Shown piece after piece: positions 1 through 15,370 of a stretch of DNA of 64,000 bases (positions within the stretch are counted from its first letter, which is position 1; every line of letters begins with the position of its first letter). A program made the translations under genes and the position numbers. The stretch is from the human T2T-CHM13v2.0 reference genome, Homo sapiens. A model generated the notes under the pieces. The model worked only from the letters and a program-made list of their open reading frames with translations, was not told where the DNA came from and made no database searches. Location of the stretch: assembly GCF_009914755.1 (NCBI RefSeq), contig NC_060927.1; one strand, given 5' to 3'.

Positions 1-132
1 ATTTCTGCCTTGTGATTAAATATGAATACCATATTGACTAGAAAATTGGTTTGTCTTTAAATTATGGTTTTGAAAAGGTTTACTCTCTTTTGCTATTCCA
101 TAGAGGTTAGTAGGCCATAGGGCCCCTTTATC

Positions 133-446
<314 letters not shown>

Positions 447-684
447 GGGCCTGTTTATAACTATTATGCTCAAGGTAAATGTAGAATGTAGAAATTAAGG
501 TGAATAAAACATTCATATTAAAAGCAAAACATTAATTTTGTATGTTCAGGATATATGGTATGAGCTGGGACACCTGGGCTTTGAGCCACAACTTCACTGT
601 CTACAACACACACAAACTTCCTCCCTCCCCCACTGTATCCCCTCCCCCACCACCTCCGACCTCCACCCCAACTGTAAAAGTTGA

Positions 685-959
685 AGCTGAGCATGGTGGC
701 TCCCGGCTGTAATTCCAATACTTCGATAAGTTAAGGTGGGAGGACCACTTGAGCCCAGGAGTTTGATGTTAGCCTGGGCAACATGGCAAGACTCCGTCTC
801 TACAAAAAATACAAAAAGTTAGCTGGGCATGGTGGCGACTGCCTGTAGACTGAGCTACTTGGGATGCTGAGGTAGGAGGATCATTTGAGCCCAGATGACA
901 TCACTGCACTCCAGCCCAGGCAACAGAGTGAGGCCCTGTCTCCAAAAAAAAAAAAAAAA
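685..959 (+). mobile_element. AluJ with internal deletion
   Basis: Dimer and A tail, J-type cttgagcccagg. Confidence 0.9.
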
Positions 960-1299
960 GAGTGTAAACAGGTAATTTTACTGGGCCTTAGTTTCGTTTC
1001 TTCATCTCTCTGATGAGGGGTGTGGCTGAATGACCTCTTTGGGGTTTTTACATTTCACAGTTGTCAATCATAATTTTCTGTGACCCTGACCAAGCCTCAC
1101 TCTGACCTAATGACTCATACAAACATTTCTCTTCTTCTCTTCATGTTTGCGTATTTTGATTGCACATGTACCTTGGACTTAGTGGGGTCACTGGCAAAGC
1201 AAGTGTATTTTCTGAAATACACCAGAGAAGTGGGTGTGCACAGTGTTTTCCCTTGGGTGGAGCCATGCTTCTGCTGTCCTTCCAGCTGGAATCTGTCAG

Positions 1300-1452
1300 A
1301 TGTGGACTGTGGATCTCCTGAGTGCTTAGTAAAAATGCAGAATCCTGGGCCCCTTGCAGACCTGTTGAGGGGGAGTCTCTGGAAGTAAGGCTCTGGGCTC
1401 TGCATTTTAATAAGCCCCTAAGTGATCCCCAGGCTCACTACTGTTTGAGAAC
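1300..1452 (+). mobile_element. MER5 (hAT-Charlie) fragment
   Basis: aaatgcagaatcctgggcccc...tctgcattttaataagcccc...gtttgagaac. Confidence 0.7.
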
Positions 1453-2202
1453 ATGAATGATTCTCCTCTAAGTATGCACTGTGGTCTTTAGATAGAACCC
1501 ATGGTTCCCTCAAGGCAGGGGTCATGCTGTGTGTGTGTTTATAAATGAAACTTCTCAGGATAAATTGTGATCATCTAGTTTATTCACTCATGAAACAAAT
1601 ACTTGCATCCTTCTTTTATACAAAGTCCTGTGTTAGTTGTGGGAATGGAGAGAAGAGAATGTATCTAAGGAGGCAGAGCAGACAGATTTTGGCAACTGAT
1701 TAGATATGAGGGATGTGGGAGAGGTCAAAGTTAGCTAGCGGGTTTGATCCGGAGTGTGGGACTCTAGTTGTGCCAGTACAGAAATGGGCAGACAGTCATT
1801 GGAACAGTTTTGAGAAGAAAGATGCCCATATAGGAAAGAGCCCATAGAATGGTTATAAAATATGCCTGGATTTGTGGAACCAGTTCTAAAGCTGGCATTA
1901 CTTTCAGATTCTTAGTATCTTAGAGGTGGGTGTGATCTTGTAGATCCTGTTTCAGTCTCCTCAGAAGCGGGGAAAATTGGTATCATTTGGAGGCTATTGT
2001 TTAGGTTGGGGCAAAAAAATATAATGGGGGGAGACATTATATATAAAGGTGATATTTACTTCTTAGACTTGAGAGAAGCTGGCTTTCTTAATAATCTCTA
2101 ACTGATTTTGAACCTCTATTAGAATAAGCCCTGGAAATAATATTGGAAATGATATAGGCATTCTAAGTAGATATATTCATTTGACATTTTAAAAAGTATG
2201 AC

Positions 2203-2516
2203 AGCCTGGTGTGGTGGCTCATGCCTGTAATCCCTGTACTTTGGGAGGCCGAGGCAGGTGGATGGATCTCTTGAGCCCAGCAGTTCGAGACCAGCCTGGA
2301 TACCACGATGAAACCCTGTCTCTACCAAAAATACAAAAATTGGCTGGGTGTGGTGGCGTGTGGTCCCAGCTACTCAGGAGGCTGAGGTGGGAGGATCACT
2401 GGAACCTGGGAAGTCAAGGGTGCAGTGAGCTATGATTACACCACTGTACTCCAGAGCTGGGTGCCAGAGTGAGACTCTGTCTCCAAAAAAAAAAAAAAAA
2501 AAAAACAAAAAAAAAA
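2203..2516 (+). mobile_element. AluJ
   Basis: Dimer and A tail. Confidence 0.9.
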
Positions 2517-2640
2517 CACCTTTAGAATTTACTGTCTTGTGGTCAAGTAGAATGTTGGCCCATCTTCTTCAAAGACAGCCTTTCTCTCCTGATTTCCCTT
2601 AAACTAAGGAAGAGGGAAGTAATTAAGATTTTCAGTGGGA

Positions 2641-2949
<309 letters not shown>

Positions 2950-4665
2950 TCAGTGGGAGCACAGACTGCTGCTCACTCACTGAGTGGATTTCATTATGTA
3001 GTCTCAGTGTTTCCCAGACTGCTTGACAAATGAAGGATGTACGTTATTGCTTTTTCCTTACTTTGGCCTGAGAATGATGCAAAGCAGGCCTGTTGCATTA
3101 CCAAGCATCTTGGGATGCTGCACTGAGTAATAGGCTTTTAGTATGTGTTACCTTGTCAACAGCAGTGACTGCTATGCCCAGGACATCAGCATTGAGTTGT
3201 TTTTGCACTTGTGGGGGTGACTTCCTATTGTCCTACCAGAATCAGCAAGGTAAGTTGGGAGAAATCCTTTGTCAGCAGGATGAGAAGCAGCAAGTGAAGG
3301 CTGGGCTCAGTGGAGGAGAACAATTCTAGGAGCTGGCGTGGTCACAGGAAGGATAGAGAACACGGAGGTCAGGAGGAAGCATGAGTCAGGCTGGTGGCTG
3401 TCCGGGGTCTTCTCACATTAGCAGCTGGAGAGCCAGGGCTGAAGGTTGAGTCGTAAGTGGCCAGCCTTGTGAATGTGGTATGCTAGACACCAACAGAACT
3501 TCCTGGAGCTGGGAGTTTCCTGGGGTCTTCCTGATGTGTAAGAACTGATGATCAGGACCTTACAGGTTATGTGTCTATTTTGGGTGTCCGCTCTGACAGG
3601 GCAGTGGTGTTGTGGTAGATACACTTTTGCTGGAGGCATTTGCTAGGTGAGTGGGCAAGATGTGATTTGTATTGGGTGTAATACTCAATCCAGCAGTGCT
3701 TCTCTGCTGCAGTCAAGTCCAGACTGCAAGAACCTGTTAAACGCAGGGAATTCCAACATAGAATCTTAAGAAGTTTCTCTACTTTGAATGTATCGTCCAT
3801 GTTTTTCGTGTCGACAGAAGTAAAAGTGCAGTGATACATGAGTAAATTTTCAGCTCTCTTATCATAGGATTTGTTTAATTTGGTACCAGGATGTAATGAA
3901 CTTGAGGTGTGTGAATGAGAAATGGAGATGAAGTGTTTTATTAGTTTAGAAAAGGGAGTAAAAGGAACTCTGAGTGTAGGCACGAAGCTTTCAGCTCTGA
4001 AACTTCACCTTTTTGCCACACTAGCAGCAGAGAAATTACAGAAAGCTGATTGTGTTGTCTATTTGGCAAGTCAAAGCAAGATACAGCAAGCTAAAAGATG
4101 AGTCTTCTAGATTGCTTTCACCTTCTGTGACATGAAATTTCTAAAAATAAGAAATAAGGAGCCCCTGGGCAGTTGCTCTTTAGAATTTGTGTGGACAGAT
4201 CCAGGTCATCCTTGTTCTTCTTTGTGTTTTTTATGAAGTGAGACTTTCTGATTAGTGAGCCAGAAATTTAATCTGACAGCTTTTAAGTTTGATGATTTAA
4301 AAACACAATTGGTTATAAAAATTTTAAATTTATAATTTCCAGTAAAGTAGGAAATGAAAATTACCCTTTTGCTCCCAATTTCACTTCCAGAGGTTTATAT
4401 TTACCATGTACTAAAACCTATCATTTCTCATCTACTTTATAAATGTATGAAAAACTCTGATTTTATACCTCTTTTGCTGTGTGTCATTAACATGATTTGC
4501 TTAACTTAATTTTATGTCCAGTATGGCTCTTGAGAGAGGGAACTGTGTCAGAATGTGTGTATCATTTTAACCCATTTCTGGTTGTTGTTGGAAACACAGT
4601 TAAGTTGCTTACTGGTCTTACTGCTGGTTTGCTTTATAAGAAAATTCAATCCGTTTTGTCTTCAG

Positions 4666-4694
4666 GTAACACTACATTTCTTTCAGTCTTCTGA
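4666..4694 (+). other. Candidate second terminal exon ((G)NTTFLSVF*) and/or recursive AG|GT site
   Basis: ttcaat...ccgttttgtcttcag|GTAACA. Phase-1 reading stops at TGA 4692-4694. ATTAAA at 4794 and 4820, GT/T-rich element at ~4837-4857. Confidence 0.35.
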
Positions 4695-7600
4695 GACATT
4701 TCATGGTTTCACTTATCCAGGTGTTGCTAATCTTACATAGCAGTTTATATGCCTTGTCTATTCTTCTTAACTAAGATAACCTGTTGAAGTATTATTAAAT
4801 TCAACTATATTATAAAATTATTAAACTGTAGGCGGGATGTGTTTTCTTCCTTTCTCACGTAGCTTCCCTTCCACTCTGGAAATGGAAGGTTTGACATCCC
4901 ATCATTTGATAGGTCTGATGACTTTCCAGTATTTTAAGCAGTAATATTGAGACTAGGGCTTCTTGTTCCTCCTATCCTTAAGTTTTGGCATAATGATTTG
5001 CATTAATATTACTAGCTAACTTTTATTCATTTTTACTCTATGCCAGGTACATGGCTAGATGTGTAACCTCCTCCTGATCCCCAGAATTACTTTAGGAGGT
5101 GTAGGTGCTGTTATTAAAAATACAAAGGAAGAAATGGAGGCATAAGTGAATAAAGATAAGTAATTTATAAAGTAAATACAAGTAAAAAATGAATATTAAG
5201 TAATTTGCCTGCAGCTATTAAGAGCTATGAAGTGATGGGGTGGAAATTTGTCCAGAGGCCCCCATTCCCCTCAAAGCCCTTTTAATCTCTGCGCTCTGCT
5301 GCTTCTTGTACCCTTTTACTCTTGTTCTTTTACTCAGCTCATATTAATGAGCACTCACCATGCCAGGCTTGGTTCTGGGTGCTGAGAAGACAGCAGCAAA
5401 CAGAACTGACAATGAAGAAAGAGTTAAACAAATAAACATATACCAGAGGAGGTGATGGCGATCAAGAAAATACTAGGTAAGAGAGAGGGAGGGTATGCTT
5501 TCTGGCAAAACTTATAAAAATATGAGAAACTATTCTAGTCATTGGTTCTATTTAAACAGCCTAGGACAGTATGAAGAAAAGGCAAGAGTTGAGCGGAAAA
5601 AATAAATCAGTCCTAAAAACAGACAAAAACCCCCTCAAATCCAGGACCTATCAAGTTTCATATCTTCATTGAAATGGTGACAAATGGTGTATCAGTGTGA
5701 AAACCAGAAAGGCTAATTGTTTGTATACCTCACAGGGCAGTGTGTGATCATCCAGGAGGGACATGTGAAGGAGGTTAAGATTTAAATGTTGGAAACACCA
5801 ACATTCTAATTATTCCTGAGTTTCAACACCAGTCATTCAAGTAACAGTTGTAAGGAATTTTCTTTTGGAATTTTCCTTTTCCTTTAGGTTCTCCCCTTTC
5901 TTTCAGGATGGTGGGGAGCAAGAATCCCTAGGAATATTGTAAAAATATTTCACCAAGAACTGCTAATTAGCAGAGGTCTTTTCTTGTATCCCTTTTGATA
6001 ATTCCCACAAATGAACTTAAGATTCAGAAGCAAAGAAAAAGAAAAAAAGACTCAAAATACAAACATTAAGAAGGAATATTCTGACCACTTTGGAAGTCAC
6101 CGTCTTAAGTGCTGAAAAATTATCCATTAAAAATATTTTTTCAAGAGGGTAGATGAAAGCCATTGCTATTTGCCATTTAGAAATTGTGTTTTCCTCAGAG
6201 ACTGTTGTCATGAACATTGGTCTATTAATAACACTGAACAATCTCCACTCCATCATCCATTTGGTTTGGTTCTGGCAAGTTTATAACTCCTTTCACATGA
6301 CATATAGATTTTTCATTTATAAAAAGTTGGAAAAAGGATTTCCCATTTCTTCCAGCTAGGTAGACTTAAAAAACATCATGACCCCTTTCTGGCCCCTCAT
6401 CTTCTTCCCACTGTACCCATTTATTGGCCTGATAGCCTGAAGATTGATTAGAGAGAAGCGATCCAGATAGACTTGGAAAACACCTAATCCTGTGCATGGC
6501 CGCACCTCTGAAAAATTGCATGCACTATAAACCAGAGCATTTCAGCTTTTTAAAACATGCATTGTTACACTGGGGAAGCTAGAGACATTGAGTTCTTCTA
6601 CAGAATGTATCTACCATATTTTCAAGTTTTTAAGATTGAGATAGTTCTTTTGCAGAGGTCTATTTCCTATTGAGATTTGAAAAGGAATGTTTTGATTTTA
6701 AAAACTTAAAAGCAAAACTTAATTCCTTGCTGTTTGCAATATGTCATGATACCTTGTGTCTTTATTTAGCGTACGTTTATCATAGGAAAATTTACTGTTG
6801 CCAGAAAACAGGCCAATGGAATCTGTGAATTTTGTATTGGTGATTTAGTAGATTACAAAGAAAAATAATTTGACGTATTTGCAGTGCTTTTTAATTATGA
6901 GGAAATTATACTGCATTACTTTAATGTAGACTTTTCACTTTCTTTGCCACTCTCAAATTCAGTCCAGTAAGTGTATTGAATTTTCACCAAATGGCTAGCT
7001 CTGGGAGCTGTCACTGATTTAGGGGACCACACTTTCTATTTTGCTTGTGGACTAAGATGTAGAAACCAGATAATAAAAAGGAGCGTTAATATAATTGGCA
7101 AAAAGATGGTTATAGATCTTACAAGTGTCTCAAGTGAGAGAGGTTAGAAGAGGAAGAGAGAAGTGAAAGCTGAAGTAAGGATTTCAAAAGTTGGGAAGCT
7201 TCACGAATTTTTATGAATTAAGCATTCTTAGAAATCCTTACATCACTCCCTTCTTCCATCAGTAGAACAAAAGCCTTTTTCTCTTATGATGCTCTGCCTA
7301 CTATAGTTTCTTTACTATATGGAAACTGGAAAAATAAGTAATTGGGTTTATCACTGTTGATGTCTAAATAAAATTTGGGATTACAAGTGCTTTTCTCCTC
7401 ACCCTCATAACATTTTATAAGAAAAGAGCTCCCAATTTGGGGTTTGAGCATGTTCCTCTAAAAGCATCGGAAATACTTGCTTTATTAGTTCAGTTAAAAA
7501 TTTAAAGATTTATGGTAGGACACATCCATGGGTGACTTCATAGAAGACCACCATGGGACTCAGTGAGTACCCCTCCAGTCTGGGAAAAGCTTGACAAACT

Positions 7601-7804
7601 ACATAAACCTGAGCTGAGGGAGAAAATACACATGCCATTTCCCCAAATTCCTGGTTTCTAGTGTCTTGGCACTATGGTATTTTTACTCTTATTTTATAAA
7701 TCCTATACCAGCATTTTAAAAAATGAAGAAAATGGCAAGAAAATCATGGAAAATTTGAGTCCTCATTTAGTACCTCCCTATCTTGATTTTTTGTCTTTTA
7801 ACAG

Positions 7805-7833
7805 ATGAAGTGGTGAAGAGAGCCTGCGATTGA
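7805..7833 (+). CDS. FNDC3B: Coding part of a probable FNDC3B alternative terminal exon, (D)EVVKRACD*
   Basis: Pyrimidine tract cttgattttttgtcttttaacag| then AT GAA GTG GTG AAG AGA GCC TGC GAT TGA in phase 1, the same phase as the 47961 exon. Matches my recollection of a short FNDC3B isoform ending DEVVKRACD (not verified). Confidence 0.75.
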
Positions 7834-8284
7834 AGATTTTTTCATCTCAGCTTTTTCCCCCTTACCTTGTTCTCTCTCATGTTTCATGATCTGTGTCATA
7901 GATATTTCTTCATTACGAGCACTTCGCGGTGTGGCTTTTCAATGTCTGAAGTGGATTAAGTGGCCCACAGTCAGTTCTGTGACTTGAGTTTCAAAAGTAA
8001 AATTACCATCAACAATGTGATTCAATTTTATTTTCTATACTAGCTAAAAGCAAGGAACTATATTATTAACAATCTTGGCTTTACTGTAGTTTAAGGCAGG
8101 TGATGATGATGCTTATTAGTCCACCTGAAAGAGTCCTTCCAGGTTTTTGGAAGCTTTATTCCTGCTTATTACCTTGCCCTTGAGAAGTCCTTCATGGAAA
8201 GTGGAAACACTGGGTTGACTTCTTTTCCCCATATCCTAGTTGAAAGGGACAGCTTATATGTATGTTAGACTGTCCAAAAGTGTT

Positions 8285-8385
8285 TGTAGAACCTCATTTT
8301 AAAAAATCAACTGTATTGTACTTTTTAAAAAATGGGATCTTAAACTCTTTATTAAAAATAATAAATGGAAATGTGTTAAGCAAAA
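8285..8385 (+). terminator. Intronic polyadenylation region for the 7805 terminal exon
   Basis: TGTA at 8285, 8312 and 8317 (CFIm motif), ATTAAA 8351-8356, AATAAA 8360-8365, T/GT-rich sequence downstream. Confidence 0.6.
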
Positions 8386-8744
8386 ACATTACTTGACCTC
8401 TTCTTATTCATTGTGTAATAATAACGTATAAAATAATTGCTTTATTTACATCTGTATTGACCATGGCTGAACTTCTTGCCAGTAGGGGTGTCGTGAGTCC
8501 TGTTCATCTCTCTGCCCCTTGGTGGGATGCCTAGCACTTGGCCACTTGGTAAATACTGGAGGAATGATTGAATGTGTGAATCCTGGATTAGTTCTCAGGA
8601 ATATTATAATAGAAACAACAATGATATTTAGTAAAAATTGAAGACATAATTATCCAGTTACTTCTACAACTTTTAAACCAACTTCAATGAAGTGTAGCCC
8701 AAAAACATATTGCAGATGTGTTTGGGTAACTTCTTTCTTTGTAT

Positions 8745-9010
8745 TGTTTTTTCCCCCTCTTTTGGAGACTGGATTCTCACTTTGTTGCGCAGGCTAGAGT
8801 GTGGTGGTGCCATCTCAGCTTAGGTGTTCCTTCCATCTCATTGTCCTGAATAGCTGGTGTATGCCACTACACTCAGCTGATTTTTGTAATTTTGTAGAGA
8901 GCGGATTTCGCCATGTTGCCTAGTCTCGTCTCAAATGGCTGGGCTCAAGCAGTTTGCCCACCTTGGCCCCCCAAAGTCCTGGGATTACAGATATAAGCCG
9001 CGGCCCAGCC
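8745..9010 (-). mobile_element. Diverged AluJ
   Basis: Degenerate dimer. Confidence 0.85.
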
Positions 9011-9041
9011 TGTATTATTATTAATTATAATTCAACCCTAG

Positions 9042-9405
<364 letters not shown>

Positions 9406-9416
9406 TAGGCATTACT

Positions 9417-9491
9417 GTTTCCCCTTGCTATGTTTAGAGTGGTGGAACTGAAGTTTCCCCTTGCTATGTTTAGAGTGGTGGAACTGAAGTT
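9417..9491. repeat. Perfect 36-bp tandem duplication
   Basis: gtttccccttgctatgtttagagtggtggaactgaa x2 plus gtt. Confidence 0.97.
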
Positions 9492-9493
9492 GG

Positions 9494-9799
9494 TTTTTTG
9501 TTTGTTTGTTTGTTTGTTTGAGATGGAGTCTTGCTCTGTCGCCAGGCTGGAGTGTAGCGACGCGATCTTGGCTCACTGCAACCTCTGACTTCTGGGTTCA
9601 AGCAATTCTCCTGCCTCAGCCTCCAGAGTAGCTGGGACTTCAGGCGGGTGCCACCACGCCCGGCTAATTTTTTGTATTTTTGGTAGAGATGGGGTTTCAC
9701 CATGTTGGCCAGGAAGGTCTTGGTTTCTTGACCTCGTGATCCGCCCGCCTCAGCCTCCCAAAGTGCTGGGAATACAGGTGTGAGCCACGGCTCCCGGCC
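9494..9799 (-). mobile_element. AluSc-like
   Basis: TSD aactgaagttg; (TTTG)n tail. Confidence 0.95.
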
Positions 9800-10658
9800 C
9801 GAAACTGAAGTTGTTTAATTGAGAAGTTTCAGGGCTGTGAAATGTACACTGAGCACACACCCTGCACATTTCATCTTCCCGCCTTTGTTTTGGATTCTAT
9901 ATCTTCAGTGCCCTTAAAGTGTGAAACTCTCAATCAGACCCCGCTTCCTGCACTGCTCCCCAGGTATCTTACATTCCTTGCAACATTTTAGACTGCATGT
10001 ACTATTTTGTACTCAATTACATAATTTTATTTTGTTCACTATTGTTTTATCCTTGCTTGGGTGTTTTCCTCACTATGGGAAGAAGAACCCTAAGAATGAA
10101 TCATCTCACTGGGAAAGGAAGCATTTAAAACTTATTTAATGTATTTTTATAATTGGGGAACTGTAAGTATTTCTTTTAGCATTAATGCTTGTTTCCAAGA
10201 AATGGTGAACTTACCTAAACTTAGTAAATTTTTGTCATAATAATAGAATATTCACAATTGTTTTTAATTTATAAAAATGTAAGTTGCTTTCTACTAGGGT
10301 GTTATTTTAGGGGGGAAGATTTGTAAAAATGTTCAGTCAAAATATTGTCATGTTAATCGTATTTTTCAAGATGTGCTAAAAATGATTTCCCACTTAGAAC
10401 AAATTAGCTGGAGGCCACCTTATCCCACCTCCAGCCCCCTCTGCAACACCCTTCATAGCTAATTACCTGCTTTTCATTCCAAATTTTCTATGACAAGGTG
10501 TTCCTACCTCAACAGGTGATCACCATGGCAACGAGGTAGTCTGTTCTATTTTTGGAGTATGAAAGTAGTGCCTTCTTAAATCTAATAATAAATGAGAGTT
10601 CCAGAAAACCAGTGCTTCAAACAAATTTGATTTACTTGAATTTTTTTTTATTTTAAAT

Positions 10659-10917
<259 letters not shown>

Positions 10918-11639
10918 TCATGTCATTCAGTCATGTTTTTATTATTTTTTCAGACTGAGGAGATAGGGAACCAGTTTAATTGTGATCTTTTATTATTTTC
11001 AAAAACCAGCAACTACCATTTACTAGTGGCTTATTGTGTCTTGGCAGTATGCTGTTTTTATTCCTATTGTGCAGATGAGGAAACTGATACGTCAAGTCTT
11101 GATCAAGTTCACAGAACTAGCAAGAGCAGGAATTGGAATTCTAACCCAGGCGGCCTGCTTTCAGATCCTCCACTCTAATCCATTTCTCTGTCTTGCTGGA
11201 GCCTTGCTAGAATGCTTCCTCTCTTGGGAGTTCAGCCGACTGGGAGTGCCTGACCCTTTATAAAGGTGCTTAATATGATGGGCAGCCCTACGCAAATAGG
11301 GGTGAATGGAATGAAGGGGGATGAGCATGATGCTATGGGAATGGTAGCAAGTCAGAAACACCTTGGAATTCAGATAGCAGCGTGTCCTGTCACTGATGTT
11401 TAAAATTATATAGTTTGAAATATAATGTTTTTAATAAAGTTGGTTGCAGATGACTCAACAGCTATGGGAGTTATCAGAAGGTGATGTAGAAATGCTTTTA
11501 GTGTTCTTCCAAATGCTAGGAATCGGATTGCAGCATCTATTTCACTCAGCATTTGGGTCATGAGACTCTCCTTTCATTCTGTAGTCAATTTTCAAATTTT
11601 GCCCTTGTAAATATTAAAAGGCTCAAGTGGATAAACTAA

Positions 11640-12084
<445 letters not shown>

Positions 12085-12583
12085 TGAAGAAAGAACTTGA
12101 AATTATCTTTATATTTTAATCTTATTTCACATCTAAAATCATATAATTATATAAATAGATGAGACTGTAGAATATAACCAACCCTCCTTATGTTCCAGAC
12201 GAAGAGACTAAGGCTCAGAGAAGCCATGTAATTTGCCCAAGGTTGCACAGCACACAGCTATTGATGAATGGAGCCTGGGTTCTTTAGCCTCATCACACTG
12301 AGTTTTTGTGCACGTGCTCATGATTTTTAATTTGGTTGATGTTAACATGTTGGCATATATTGAAAGAAGTGGGAGTGTCCTTGAAGAACTTAACATGTAT
12401 TAAACATTTGCTTCGTGCTGGGCAAATTTTACTCTTTAAAGTACCATCAGAACTGATAGTATTGTCACTGATACCATCATTATTGTCCTCCTCATCATCA
12501 TTCCCCATTCTAGAGACAGGAGGGCCTGAATTTCTCAGAGGTTAAGCAGATTCTTTGAGTGGGGGATCTAGGTTTCAAATTCA

Positions 12584-12868
<285 letters not shown>

Positions 12869-13128
12869 TCAAATTCTTGTGTCAGGCACTGTGTATTTTG
12901 CAGCAGGGAAAATGAGGTTTTGACTCTTCTGCCAACTCTCAATCAATTGACTGTAGCTGATTGGAGCGCTGTGTAGAGGATATAGAAGTAGCCTCTGGGC
13001 TTAGTGGGACAAATGCAGTGTCTGGTGGTGTATGCCATGGCCCTGAAGTGTGGTCGGGGTGGTACATGTATGTGGTACATATGTTACCAGACCTATAATT
13101 TCTCTTAACATAGCAATCTGATTCTTAG

Positions 13129-13568
<440 letters not shown>

Positions 13569-13675
13569 GGTATGGTCTTTAATTGTAAGAAAATTGAAGA
13601 GGGAGGCAAGTAAACAAAGATTTTACAGTAATAACTCTAATCTGAGTGAATAGAGAAGTTCTTGATTATAGCAGA
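13569..13675 (+). repeat. 107-bp dispersed direct duplication, copy A
   Basis: 102/107 identical to 53264-53370 (hand alignment). Confidence 0.95.
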
Positions 13676-14192
13676 GGCCAGGAACTGTTTTATAAGTACT
13701 AATACTAATTCAGTAATTTTTACCTTTCTAGTGTGGTTCACTCACATGTGTTTATTCTATAAATGTCTTATTTTATAAATGTTGACGGTTAGGATCTCTA
13801 ATTACAGGGCATGAATATATATATATATATTTTTTACCTCATCTTATTGAAGATTCTCAGATGAAGAGCCTGTAGCCTCCAGTGGACTGACTTTAGTAAA
13901 AAGGCTTTAATTGCAGAACCTCTGAGTTGACTGTAACAAATGCAGTTTATTCCCCTAGACTGGAAATAACAAAACCAACCAGTTTGAGTTTTTGTCAAAA
14001 CTCAAACTCGGTTATCTGAAAGAATTTATTATCTGTAGAGTTTCAGTATGAAGAATGCAGTTACTTTGAAAATTAATGATTGTCTTAAATGTCTGCTTGT
14101 GATTGTTTGTTAATTGCTTATTTTTGTCCTTTTGTCCTATCTCTCCAAATCTGTCCTCTTGTGTTACTGTGTCAATATTAGGTCATAGCCAG

Positions 14193-14440
14193 CCTCCCTC
14201 CCTCCCTCCCTCCCTTCCTTTCCCTGCCTCCCTTCCTTCCCACCTTTCCCTCATTCCCGCCCTTCCTCTCCCTCCCTCCCTCCCTTCCTTTCCATCCCTC
14301 CCTCCGTTCCTCCTCCCCTCCTCCCCTCCTCCCCTCCTCCCCCTCTCCCTCTACCTTCCCCCTCCCCCTCCCCTCCCTCTCCCATCCCCCTCCCCTCCCC
14401 TCCCCTCCCCTCCCCTTCCCTTCCCTTCCCTTCCTTCCTC
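14193..14440. repeat. ~250-bp polypyrimidine low-complexity tract
   Basis: (CCCT)n, (CCCCT)n and (CCCTT)n units, almost no purines on the + strand. Confidence 0.95.
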
Positions 14441-15027
14441 TAACTGCTTTCTCTATAATTTTTTTCAAGATATTTAGGTTGCTAGTCTCAAGTATAATAA
14501 GGGATATTGCAGAATATTTAGATGCATTAGATGGATCATATTACTCAATTTTTAGTAGACCAGTTACTTTGAGTGACTTTTTGTTTTGGTGTGTAGCTCC
14601 TAATTCATGGTTGATTTGTAATCTTATGCTTGGGGTTAAGGGGTCTGCTCTGCATGCCCTGTAGCATTTTGATCGCTGGCTGATGGCACCTCTGCCATCC
14701 CCACTACTGCTGGACTTTGTCTAGGATTTGGGAAGCCTGGGTCTGTCTGGATTCACTTGGCCTGTTTTCTTTCCTCCTCCTTGTGCTTGTACTCCATGTT
14801 GGAAGGGACCTGTATTTGATGTCTAGAAATGTGCCCTTGTGAGGAAAGTACATCACAGACTATACTAGTTCCACAAAAGGAAGATCAACAAAGCTTTTCA
14901 AAAATAACATCATCTTTTTAATAACTAAAGTGTTCACACTGAAGGGTGAATGGAAGAAAGGAGTAAGTTTTTGGATAAATAAGAATTGTGGGTGAGCAGG
15001 CCAAATGTTAAAAATTCTCTTAGTGGT

Positions 15028-15370
<343 letters not shown>

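Noticed and set aside
3567-3983. 138-aa minus ORF (likewise 37849-38319 and 48655-49071)
   Set aside because: No recognisable domain or splice support; length is within chance expectation.
14103-14477. Pro-rich (+) and Gly/Arg/Glu-rich (-) ORFs
   Set aside because: Produced by the C/T low-complexity tract.
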